DNA of 64,000 nt from Clostridiales bacterium (GTDB lineage: Bacteria; Bacillota; Clostridia; Christensenellales; UBA1242), in contig SVHI01000001.1 of the NCBI GenBank assembly GCA_015055905.1, forward strand, positions 5,364 through 69,363, given 5' to 3'. This document shows, piece by piece, positions 54,834 through 63,045 of this stretch. The notes beneath the pieces are model-generated. The model worked only from the letters and a program-made list of their open reading frames with translations. It was not told the DNA's origin and searched no databases. Both the position numbers and the translations under genes were made by a program. Each line of letters starts with the position of its first letter. Within the stretch, counting starts at the first letter, position 1.

Positions 54834-55583
54834 ATGAAATTTATCAGTTGGAATGTTAACGGGCTTAGAGCCTGCCTTGGCAAAGGCTTTGTAGACTTTT
54901 TAAAGGCGGAAGACGCAGATTTTTTTGCAGTTCAAGAAACCAAGATGCAAGAGGGTCAAGCAGACCTTGAACAAGACGGCTACAATAGGTTTATGTCATC
55001 AGCCGAAAAGAAAGGTTATAGTGGAACTTTAATTTATGCAAAAAACCAACCAAAAAATGTGGTTTATGGCGTTCACGGAAAACATAATGAAGAGGGTAGA
55101 GTTATTACTTTAGAATATGACAACTTTTATTTTGTCAACGCCTATGTTCCAAATGCTCAAGACGGCTTAAAGAGAATTGATTATAGAGTTGAATTTGAAA
55201 ACGACATAAGAGAATATCTTTGTGAACTTGATAAACAAAAACCAGTTATTTATTGTGGCGACCTCAATGTTGCTAGATGTGAGTTAGATTTAAAAAATCC
55301 AAAGGCAAATGAAGGCAACCCAGGTTATTCAAAAGAAGAAAGAGAAAAAATGGAACAACTTTTAGATTCTGGGTTTATTGACACCTTTAGAACTCTTCAC
55401 CCAGACGAAGTTAAATATTCTTGGTGGAGTTATCGCTTTAGTGCGAGAGCCAAAGGCATTGGCTGGCGTATTGACTATTTTGTTGTTTCAAAAAGGCTTC
55501 AAGACAAAATTAAGGTGGCAGATATCCGTGACACAGTGCTTGGCAGTGACCACGCTCCTGTAGTTCTAGAAATTGATTTGTAA
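54834..55583 (+). CDS. xth: Exodeoxyribonuclease III
   Basis: 249 aa; MKFISWNVNGLRA...QETK...GDLNVA...SDHAPV. Confidence 0.93.
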   Translation: MKFISWNVNGLRACLGKGFVDFLKAEDADFFAVQETKMQEGQADLEQDGYNRFMSSAEKKGYSGTLIYAKNQPKNVVYGVHGKHNEEGRVITLEYDNFYFVNAYVPNAQDGLKRIDYRVEFENDIREYLCELDKQKPVIYCGDLNVARCELDLKNPKANEGNPGYSKEEREKMEQLLDSGFIDTFRTLHPDEVKYSWWSYRFSARAKGIGWRIDYFVVSKRLQDKIKVADIRDTVLGSDHAPVVLEIDL

Positions 55584-55589
55584 AAACAC

Positions 55590-55618
55590 TTGCACTAATT
55601 CAAGTTGTGTGTTAACAT
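55590..55618 (+). promoter_or_regulatory. Promoter of the SAM riboswitch-metK transcript
   Basis: TTGCAC - 17 nt - TAACAT. Confidence 0.5.
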
Positions 55619-55620
55619 AG

Positions 55621-55762
55621 GATTATCCATAAAGAGTGTGTTAGGGACAGCCCCTTTGACCACACAGCAACCTAGCGCAGAAGCGAAAAGGTGCTAAAGG
55701 CTGAATTCTATGGGATAGAATTTGATTGCAGAAAGTCCCACAGAAATTGTGGGATTTTTTTA
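55621..55762 (+). promoter_or_regulatory. SAM-I (S-box) riboswitch with terminator
   Basis: UUAUCCAUAAAGAGUGUGUUAGGGACAGCCCCUUUGACCACACAGCAACC...GGUGCUAAAGGCUGAA...UAUGGGAUAG matches the S-box core. It is followed by UCCCACAG-aaa-UUGUGGGA plus U7, upstream of metK. Confidence 0.85.
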
Positions 55763-55794
55763 ATTTATGGAAAAACAAACAATAGGAGAAAATT

Positions 55795-56880
55795 ATGAGA
55801 AAAATTATTACTAGCGAATCTGTTAACATTGGACACCCAGACAAAACTTGTGACACCATTGCAGATTCATTCTTGGACGAGGTTTTAAAACAAGACCCAA
55901 GGTCACAAATGGCGGTTGAATGTGCCATTAAAAACGACAAACTCTTTGTTTATGGTGAAGCAACAACCAAAGCAAACATCGACTACGCAAAGGTTGCAAA
56001 ACAGGTTTTAAAAGAAATTGGTTATGAAAACGAATTTGATGTTGTGCTTGAAATTTCTAGTCAAAGCCCAGACATCAATCAAGCAGTTGAAAAACAAGAA
56101 GTTATGGCAAATGACCAAGGTATGGCTTATGGTTATGCAAGCAACGAAACTGCTGAGTTTATGCCGCTTCCAATCACAATCGCTCACAAACTTATGAGAG
56201 TTTATGACGAATATAGAAGAAAAACAAATTGCTATTTCGCTGATGCAAAGAGCCAGGTTTCAATTTGTTATGAAGATGACAAGCCTGTTTCAGTTGACAC
56301 TATTGTTGTGAGCGTTTCTCACGCAGATGGTCTCACTCACGAGCAAATTTTAAATGACATCAAAACAAACGTTGTTAATGTTGTTATGGAAGAATATAAG
56401 GCATTTGATAAAGGCAACATTAAATACATCATCAACCCAAGTGGTAAGTTCACAATTTGGGGAAGTTTTGGTGATAGCGGCTGTGTTGGTAGAAAAATTG
56501 TTGTTGACACTTACGGCGGTGTTGGCAGAGTTGGCGGAGGTTGTTTTAGTTCTAAAAACGCCACCAAGGTTGACAGAAGTGCGGCATACTACGCAAGATA
56601 TGTTGCAAAAAATATTGTTGCACACGGACTTGCTGACAGATGCGAAATTCAAGCAAGTTACGCAATTGGTCTTGCTGAACCAGTAAGTCTTTATATTGAA
56701 ACCTTTGGAACAAATAAAGTTGATGTGGCTGAAATTCAAAAATATGTTCAAAACAACTTTAGTTTCAGGCTTCAAAACATCATTGACGAACTTGATTTAT
56801 TAAAACCAATCTACAAGCAAACTGCTTGTTTTGGACACTTTGGAAGAGCAGAATTCCCTTGGGAAAAAATTAAAGATTAG
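55795..56880 (+). CDS. metK: S-adenosylmethionine synthetase (compact, divergent)
   Basis: 361 aa; TSESVNIGHPDKTCD, DQGMAYGYA, GRKIVVDTYGG, KVDRSAAYYARYVAKN. Shorter than the usual ~390-400 aa. Confidence 0.9.
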   Translation: MRKIITSESVNIGHPDKTCDTIADSFLDEVLKQDPRSQMAVECAIKNDKLFVYGEATTKANIDYAKVAKQVLKEIGYENEFDVVLEISSQSPDINQAVEKQEVMANDQGMAYGYASNETAEFMPLPITIAHKLMRVYDEYRRKTNCYFADAKSQVSICYEDDKPVSVDTIVVSVSHADGLTHEQILNDIKTNVVNVVMEEYKAFDKGNIKYIINPSGKFTIWGSFGDSGCVGRKIVVDTYGGVGRVGGGCFSSKNATKVDRSAAYYARYVAKNIVAHGLADRCEIQASYAIGLAEPVSLYIETFGTNKVDVAEIQKYVQNNFSFRLQNIIDELDLLKPIYKQTACFGHFGRAEFPWEKIKD

Positions 56881-56888
56881 GAGAAGAA

Positions 56889-57470
56889 ATGGCTGTATTT
56901 TTTACTGCAGACACACACTTTGCAACATTTGATAAAGGTGTAATAGCTAGGGATTATCGTCCATTTAAAACACCTGCAAAAATGGATAACGCGATAATAA
57001 AAATTTGGAATAAACAAGCAAAAAAAGGTGATACAATCTATCATATTGGGGATTTTGTCAGTTACAATCTTAACGATAAAGAATATGTCAAAAATTTAAG
57101 TTTGGTAAAGAAAATCAAAGCAGATGTTGTTATTATTATGGGCAACAATGAAGATAGAGTTTTGCACTATGAGTTTAATGACGATTTTGAAAAATTTGAA
57201 AAGTTTATGCTAGGGCTTGGATTCAAACAAGTAATTCGTGGCGGGCTTGATATGGAACTTGATGGTCACAAGTTATATCTAAACCATTTTCCATCAAAAC
57301 ACAAAGACGGTGTGATTAACTTGTTTGGTCACATTCACAAGTCTGCGCTTGTGAAAAGATACGGGTTTAATGTTGGTATTGATAACCACTATTTCAAACT
57401 TTTTTCAAAAGAAGACATCATCGATTTAATTGGACGAATTCCTTCGTTTGACAGCGATGTTTATGACTAA
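56889..57470 (+). CDS. Calcineurin-like metallophosphoesterase
   Basis: 193 aa; FFTADTHF, IGDF, GNNE, GHIH motifs. Confidence 0.8.
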   Translation: MAVFFTADTHFATFDKGVIARDYRPFKTPAKMDNAIIKIWNKQAKKGDTIYHIGDFVSYNLNDKEYVKNLSLVKKIKADVVIIMGNNEDRVLHYEFNDDFEKFEKFMLGLGFKQVIRGGLDMELDGHKLYLNHFPSKHKDGVINLFGHIHKSALVKRYGFNVGIDNHYFKLFSKEDIIDLIGRIPSFDSDVYD

Positions 57471-57500
57471 ACTTGAGGTTTTACCTCAAGTTTTTATTTT
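57469..57500 (+). terminator. Rho-independent terminator
   Basis: AACTTGAGGT-ttt-ACCTCAAGTT plus a T-run. Confidence 0.85.
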
Positions 57501-57516
57501 ATTTTTAAAATGGGTA

Positions 57517-57545
57517 TTGACACAGAGCCACTATTATGTTAAAAT
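57517..57545 (+). promoter_or_regulatory. Promoter of the 57650 gene
   Basis: TTGACA - 17 nt - TAAAAT; leaves a ~100-nt 5' UTR containing AAATGTAAA...TTTACATTT. Confidence 0.6.
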
Positions 57546-57649
57546 AACTCCAGTGAATAAAATTTCATATTAAAAATGTAAATTTTCAACACTAAATGTT
57601 AATATTTTTACATTTGGGACTTGAAATTTTTAAATTGGAGGAAATCAAA

Positions 57650-58648
57650 ATGACAACATTACAAATCATTTTAACAGTGGCTGTTGGTGTGCTTTCAATA
57701 GCATCAATCGTGTTTATGCTTATGTTTATTATTGAAATGAAATCTGAAGAAACATACGAACAACCAGAAGTGAGAAGCATCTTCTCATCAGAAACTTATG
57801 CTGAAACAAATTCAAGCGAAGTAAACAGTATGCTTGCAAACCTTGACAAAGAAGCAGAAGAAGTTGTTGAGGCTCCTGCTGCTCCAGCACAAATCAACCA
57901 AGTTATCAATATTGTTGTTGGTGATGTTTCAAAAGAAGAGAAAGAAAAACCTGAAGAAATCGTGGTTGAAGAAGTTGTAGTTGAAGAAGCTCAAGAAGAA
58001 GTTAAAGAAGAACCTGCTCTTATTGAAGAATTCAAAGAAGAAACAGTTGAAGAAGTTAAAGAAGAGGAAGTTCAAGAAACAGTAGAAGAAGCTCAAGAAG
58101 AAGTAAAAGAAGAAGTTGTAGAAGAGGCTAAAGAAGAGGCTCAAGAGGAAGTAGTTGAAGAAACTGCTGAAGAAACAAAAGAAGAATCTAGTGAAGAAAC
58201 AACAGAAATTTCAGCTGAAACACTTCTTGACTACAAAACAAGACTTGACAAGATTGTTAAAAACAGAGACAAGATTGAAAAAGACCTTTTAAAATTGCAA
58301 AAAGCAATCTTGAACTACGAAAGAACAAAGAGAAGAAAAGCAAGAAATCAAAAGATGCTTGACAGACGTGCTAGCGAACTTACAAACCTTAACCTTATTA
58401 TGTATAGCGTAACAGACATTAAAAATGTTGACGAAGACAAAAAGGTTAAACAAGAAGAGCTCACTGCACACATCGCAGAACTCAAAGCAAGCATTCAAGA
58501 CGCTGACGAATTCCTTGATAGCAACAAAGAAAAGAACGACCACAACATCAAAATGGCTAAGTTCCTTATGCAAGAAAAAGGCAGATATGCTGAAGAAATT
58601 GCAGAACTTGAAAAACTTATTGCTAAAACAGAAAATCCAGCTGCTTAA
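57650..58648 (+). CDS. Membrane-anchored acidic-repeat / coiled-coil protein, unknown function
   Basis: 332 aa from ATG 57650 (RBS GGAGGA). One N-terminal TM helix, a ~100 aa E/V/K repeat block, and a C-terminal coiled coil. Confidence 0.65.
   Translation: MTTLQIILTVAVGVLSIASIVFMLMFIIEMKSEETYEQPEVRSIFSSETYAETNSSEVNSMLANLDKEAEEVVEAPAAPAQINQVINIVVGDVSKEEKEKPEEIVVEEVVVEEAQEEVKEEPALIEEFKEETVEEVKEEEVQETVEEAQEEVKEEVVEEAKEEAQEEVVEETAEETKEESSEETTEISAETLLDYKTRLDKIVKNRDKIEKDLLKLQKAILNYERTKRRKARNQKMLDRRASELTNLNLIMYSVTDIKNVDEDKKVKQEELTAHIAELKASIQDADEFLDSNKEKNDHNIKMAKFLMQEKGRYAEEIAELEKLIAKTENPAA
57930..58200 (+). repeat. GAA-rich in-frame coding repeats
   Basis: GAAGAAGCTCAAGAAGAAGT at 57983-58002 and 58085-58104, within degenerate (E/V/K) codon repeats. 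Confidence 0.8.
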
Positions 58649-58659
58649 TAGAAAAACAC

Positions 58660-58689
58660 AAAATCTTAGGTTTATGCCTAAGATTTTTT
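58660..58689 (+). terminator. Rho-independent terminator
   Basis: AAAATCTTAGG-tttatg-CCTAAGATTTT plus TT. Confidence 0.85.
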
Positions 58690-58770
58690 ATTGCTAAATT
58701 GTCTGTCTTGTTTTACAATTTTTTTTATAAATGTTATATTTATAATATAAACTAAGAGAGAGAATAAAAA

Positions 58771-59646
58771 ATGAAGTTTTTTAATTGGTTTAAGAAAAAA
58801 CAAACTGACGACAAATTAATTATAAACAAAAAGGTTAACTTGGGAATTGCCCTTGGCGGCGGAGGCTGTAGGGGTATTGGTCATATTGGCGTTTTAAAAG
58901 CATTTGAAGAACTTGGCGTCAAGTTTGATTATATTGCTGGCACGAGTGCGGGAAGCATTGTTGCGTCACTTTATGCTCTTGGGAAAACTCCAGCAGAGAT
59001 GGAAGATATTGTTAAAAATATAAAAAAGAGCGATGTAACAAAAGGTTCAATCGCTTTCATTAGACCTGCAAAAACAGAAAAACTCGAAAATCTTATGAAT
59101 AAAATCTACGGCGATTTGAAGGTGTTTTCTGAACTAAAAATTCCTCTTTCAGTTGTCTGCACAGACCTTAAAACAGGCAAGGAAGTTGATTTTAATTATG
59201 GAAACGTTGCAAAGGTTGTTTCTGCAAGTTGTGCTGTGCCTGGGGTGTTTACACCTGTTGTTCACGAAGATATGCACTTGGTTGACGGAGGACTTAGAAA
59301 CAATGTTCCTGTAGATGTTGTTAAAAATATGGGTGCAAATGTTGTTTTTGCTGTTGATGTAAACCACCTTAGGGGCTCTGGAACGCAGTCTCTTTCAACT
59401 GTTAGTGTGTTGTCGTCAACCATTGGAATAATGATGCAGTCAAAGGTTGACCAAACGCTTAATATGGCAGACCTCATCATAACACCATCGCTTGAAACTT
59501 TTTCACCGCTTAAACTTGAGGGTATTGATGAAATGATAAGAATTGGTTATGAAACAGTTATGGCTCATAAAGACAAAATTAAAAAATTACTGGAATTAAA
59601 CCCAAAGAAGATAGGAAAATATTTCACAAAGAATGAAGAAAATTAG
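58771..59646 (+). CDS. Patatin-like phospholipase (RssA-like)
   Basis: 291 aa; oxyanion GGGGCRG, nucleophile GTSAGS, Asp motif DGG. Confidence 0.88.
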   Translation: MKFFNWFKKKQTDDKLIINKKVNLGIALGGGGCRGIGHIGVLKAFEELGVKFDYIAGTSAGSIVASLYALGKTPAEMEDIVKNIKKSDVTKGSIAFIRPAKTEKLENLMNKIYGDLKVFSELKIPLSVVCTDLKTGKEVDFNYGNVAKVVSASCAVPGVFTPVVHEDMHLVDGGLRNNVPVDVVKNMGANVVFAVDVNHLRGSGTQSLSTVSVLSSTIGIMMQSKVDQTLNMADLIITPSLETFSPLKLEGIDEMIRIGYETVMAHKDKIKKLLELNPKKIGKYFTKNEEN

Positions 59647-60916
59647 GTTAGAAAAGCACATAAAGATAAAACTTATAATATCAATCATTTTGATTGGTTT
59701 GTTGGTTTTGTCTTTTTTCTTTGCAAAACCTTTAGAAGATATCCTTGGGCTTTCGGGCTCAAAGAGAAAGAATCAAACCAGCAGCGAAACAGTTGTTTCA
59801 AGTAGTTATTTTGTTTCTTATCTTGATGTCGGTCAAGGAAACTCGGTCTTAATAAAACTTCCTGACGGGAAGACGGTTTTGGTTGATGGTGGCGATATTT
59901 CTTATGGCGAGGTTGTTGCTAAATATTTAACTGATTACGGCGTAGGCAAGATTGATTATTTGATTGCAACACACAGTGATTCCGACCACATTGGCGGGCT
60001 TAATTATGTTTTGGATAAGTTTGAAGTAAAGAATATTTTAAGACCATTTCAAATTTCAGGCTCAGGAACAAGTGCAGAAACATTTATTGCTTATGAATAT
60101 GAAGACATTAACGAAATTTATGAGAAACTTATGCTCGACACATCAGGCAGAAGCAAGGTTTCAAGAGTGACAACAAGTGTCTATAAAGATTTTATTAGAA
60201 AGATTTATAGTGAAACATATTTTGAAGAAAACACAGAAGTTGAAAGTAGGGTTGGCGTGTTTTATGACGGACTAAAGATTTCAGGCGACAATTATGAAAT
60301 TGAATTCTTTGCACCGCTAAAAAGGGAAACGGAGTATAACCTTGAAGACTATTGCGACAAAACCACAGGTTATGCAACTGTTGGTTACGGGGTTACGAAC
60401 ACAAATGACAATTCAGCCATATTCACGCTTAATTGTTTTGGCGATTATTATTTGTTTACTGGTGATGCATCATTTAATGATGAAGGAAAGGGAACAAACA
60501 AGGCAGAAGATGATTTTATTGAAAGTTTAACTAACGAAGAAATACAAAGACTTTCAAACATATCCGTTTATTTGCTTGGTCATCACGGCAGCAAACATAG
60601 TTCATCAAGGGAACTTTTAAGTTTGATTAATCCAAGGTTTATTGTTGTTTCTTCTGGTCACGAATATGGTCACCCAGCAGACGAAACATTAGCCAGACTC
60701 TTGGAAATCAAATCGCTTGAGCCAGACTATCTTTTAAGAACTGACGAGTTTGGAACGATTGAGTTTTCAAAGGTTGATGACGGATTAAAGTATTCTCTTG
60801 AAAAAGCTGAGGCTGACGAAGATATAAAGATTTCCTATTTTGAGTTAAGTTCAATAATAACGGTTGTTTTGATAGTGCTTATTTTTGCACTTAAACCAGC
60901 CCGCGCCAAGGCGTAG
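59633..60916 (+). CDS. ComEC/Rec2-type metallo-beta-lactamase-fold protein, membrane anchored at both ends
   Basis: 427 aa; N-terminal TM, YLDVGQGNSVLIKLPDGKTVLVDGG, ATHSDSDHIGG, GHHGS, C-terminal TM; 14-nt overlap with the patatin gene. Confidence 0.8.
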   Translation: MKKIRLEKHIKIKLIISIILIGLLVLSFFFAKPLEDILGLSGSKRKNQTSSETVVSSSYFVSYLDVGQGNSVLIKLPDGKTVLVDGGDISYGEVVAKYLTDYGVGKIDYLIATHSDSDHIGGLNYVLDKFEVKNILRPFQISGSGTSAETFIAYEYEDINEIYEKLMLDTSGRSKVSRVTTSVYKDFIRKIYSETYFEENTEVESRVGVFYDGLKISGDNYEIEFFAPLKRETEYNLEDYCDKTTGYATVGYGVTNTNDNSAIFTLNCFGDYYLFTGDASFNDEGKGTNKAEDDFIESLTNEEIQRLSNISVYLLGHHGSKHSSSRELLSLINPRFIVVSSGHEYGHPADETLARLLEIKSLEPDYLLRTDEFGTIEFSKVDDGLKYSLEKAEADEDIKISYFELSSIITVVLIVLIFALKPARAKA

Positions 60917-60924
60917 CATTTTTA

Positions 60925-60953
60925 TTGACATAATAAAAAAATAAAAGTATTAT
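60925..60953 (+). promoter_or_regulatory. Promoter of the orphan three-gene operon
   Basis: TTGACA - 17 nt - TATTAT, 15 nt before the AGGTGA RBS region. Confidence 0.65.
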
Positions 60954-60968
60954 TAAGTTAGGTGAAGT

Positions 60969-62135
60969 ATGAATAATTTTGAAGATAGCGAATACATTGT
61001 TTACAAACGCTTAGCTAATGATGTTATTGGTGATTTGGAGCCAGTTGTTGCAAAACTTAGGTCTCAAATCAAGAAAGGGGTTCACGGTTACGGTGTAATC
61101 AAGACCCAATTTTTAGCAAGCGATACTCTTGAAAAAATGGAATTTTATTCTAAAAAAATGAGAGAGTGGCAGTCTGCTATAAACAAGTCATTCGCATTGC
61201 TTGATAGAATTGAAATTCTTGTTAACAGAAACAAAGAAAGGGTTAAATATTTGCAAGGTAAGTGTGACGAACTTGGAATTTATAATGACAAGGTTGAAAC
61301 TAAGGTTTTGCAAGATAAAATTAACCCAGAAACCAAGAATGTTTCTGTTGAATCATTGAACCTTAACCAAACTGCAAGAAGTTCAAGTATTGCTAGATTC
61401 GTCAACGGTGAAGTTTTGGTGTTCAAAAAGGGCAGAGTTGACTTTTCAAACGACCACAACAAAGAAGTGTTGATTGGAATGAGCCAAGAATATCTATCAA
61501 AATTCATTGAAAGATATCCAAGTTCAGTTGCGTCAATTCCAGGTGAAGTTTTTGCAAACTCTGGGGCAAAGAACAGAATTTTGAAAGAATGTATTGTTTT
61601 TGCATCAAACCACATCAAAACAAGGTCGCTTAAGGAAACAAATGAGTTGCTTGGTGGGCTTTTGGCAAATGCAGGAAACTTGACTAGCATTGAGCAGTTT
61701 GCAAACGAACTTAAAAACTTGTTTAACGTAATGGCTAAAAACTATCTAAAAGAAACTCTTCCTGAAAGTGCTGATGAAATTGATGACAAACTTGCTTGCA
61801 ATGAACATTCGGAATTTATGCCAAAATCAAAAGTTGTTGCAGCGCTTGCTGACGGACTCGCTGGAGAGGCTGTTCAAGAGGAAGAACAAGACAGCGAAGA
61901 AGAAAGAAAAGAAAAAGAACGCGAAACAAGACTTATGATGGAACTTGATGATTTGCTTGGCAGTTTGCTTGATGAAGACCAAGAAGAGATTGAGCAAGAA
62001 CAAGAGCAAGAGGAAATTGAGGCTCAACAGGAACTCAATGAAAGAAGCGAACAACAATCAATCGATGAAGAACTTGAAAAACAACTTGAACTCGAACTTG
62101 AAAAAGTTTTAAGAAAGGACGATATAAATGAATAA
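60969..62135 (+). CDS. Hypothetical soluble protein with strongly acidic coiled-coil C-terminus
   Basis: 388 aa; no TM segment and no recognised motif. The C-terminal ~100 aa are E/Q/D-rich. Confidence 0.6.
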   Translation: MNNFEDSEYIVYKRLANDVIGDLEPVVAKLRSQIKKGVHGYGVIKTQFLASDTLEKMEFYSKKMREWQSAINKSFALLDRIEILVNRNKERVKYLQGKCDELGIYNDKVETKVLQDKINPETKNVSVESLNLNQTARSSSIARFVNGEVLVFKKGRVDFSNDHNKEVLIGMSQEYLSKFIERYPSSVASIPGEVFANSGAKNRILKECIVFASNHIKTRSLKETNELLGGLLANAGNLTSIEQFANELKNLFNVMAKNYLKETLPESADEIDDKLACNEHSEFMPKSKVVAALADGLAGEAVQEEEQDSEEERKEKERETRLMMELDDLLGSLLDEDQEEIEQEQEQEEIEAQQELNERSEQQSIDEELEKQLELELEKVLRKDDINE

Positions 62136-62460
62136 TATTGAAAACAATGAGTTTAATGAATACAAAAAAGAGTTCTATGAAGAAATTAGGGCTATTGATG
62201 TTCAAATAAAAGACCTTGAGGCGTTAAAAATCTCAAATAAAACCTTGGCAGCAGAAGCTGCTTTAAGAAAGAGATTTGGCGACGAAATCTCGATTTCAAA
62301 GGCTATTGAAGCTGATGAAAATGAAGAGAAGACAGTTGAAAAACTTGATACTCAAGATATTGAATTTGACGGAACTATTAGAGAGATTTGTGAAAGAACA
62401 ATCGACGAGAACTTTGATTCAGAAGTCGATTTAATAATTGCATCTATTAGTCAGGAGTAG
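62128..62460 (+). CDS. Hypothetical acidic protein
   Basis: 110 aa; its ATG overlaps the upstream stop (ATGAATAA). Confidence 0.55.
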   Translation: MNNIENNEFNEYKKEFYEEIRAIDVQIKDLEALKISNKTLAAEAALRKRFGDEISISKAIEADENEEKTVEKLDTQDIEFDGTIREICERTIDENFDSEVDLIIASISQE

Positions 62461-62461
62461 T

Positions 62462-62989
62462 ATGAAAAAGAACTTAATTTTGGCGGGGTTTAATTATGCT
62501 AGACTCAGAAGATTGGCGACACAATTTGCTGAGATTTTTGATATGAGATTTTTTGATATCTATGACTACTTTATCTTTGACAACGCGCCAAATTCAATCG
62601 CAGACATATATCATCAAAATGGCTGGGAATATGTTGATGAACAGATGAGAGATACCGTTGAAATGCAAACCACTTTTGAAAACGTTGTTACTGTTCTCGA
62701 CCTTAAAATTGCCTCAATTTGCACCGATTTTTTTGATAAAATCAAAGAGAACAATGTTGTTGTTTTTGTTGGTCACAATGACAAAACTGAAGAGATTAGA
62801 AAAAGACATATTTTCTATAAATCACAAGAGGAAATGGCATATTTCTTGCTCACAGAAGATGCTCTTCAAGATATTCAAAACAAGGTTAGAAATGAACTAG
62901 CCGACATTGTTATTGAAGATGGTGATTTAACCTATGACCAAGTTAGAGACCAAATTTTAGAAGAATTCCAAAAAATGGCTGCTGAATAA
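62462..62989 (+). CDS. Shikimate-kinase-like protein lacking a Walker A P-loop
   Basis: 175 aa from ATG 62462. KNLILAGFNYARLRRLATQFAEIFDMRFFDIYDY parallels AroK [34 protein letters not shown], but GxxGxGK[ST] is replaced by GFNYARLR. Confidence 0.55.
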   Translation: MKKNLILAGFNYARLRRLATQFAEIFDMRFFDIYDYFIFDNAPNSIADIYHQNGWEYVDEQMRDTVEMQTTFENVVTVLDLKIASICTDFFDKIKENNVVVFVGHNDKTEEIRKRHIFYKSQEEMAYFLLTEDALQDIQNKVRNELADIVIEDGDLTYDQVRDQILEEFQKMAAE

Positions 62990-63000
62990 AAAATAAACAA

Positions 63001-63040
63001 AAAAATAGTTACAGGATTTCCTGTAACTATTTTTGTTTTT
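63001..63040. terminator. Bidirectional terminator
   Basis: A5, ATAGTTACAGG-attt-CCTGTAACTAT, T-run. Confidence 0.85.
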
Positions 63041-63045
63041 ACAAA

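Noticed and set aside
55641-55940. 99-aa minus-strand ORF across the SAM riboswitch and the metK start
   Set aside because: It overlaps a recognisable S-box and the metK N-terminus. There is no RBS and the sequence is cysteine/leucine-rich nonsense.
55795-56880. Short (361 aa) MetK considered as a pseudogene or truncated gene
   Set aside because: The N- and C-termini and the catalytic motifs (GHPDK, GRK, KVDRSAAY) are intact. The shortening comes from internal loop deletions, and the gene retains an S-box leader.
57930-58200. GAA-rich repeats considered as a CRISPR-like or satellite array
   Set aside because: The repeats are in frame within a long ORF, irregular in unit length, and lack spacer-repeat organisation. 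No CRISPR array was seen anywhere in the window.
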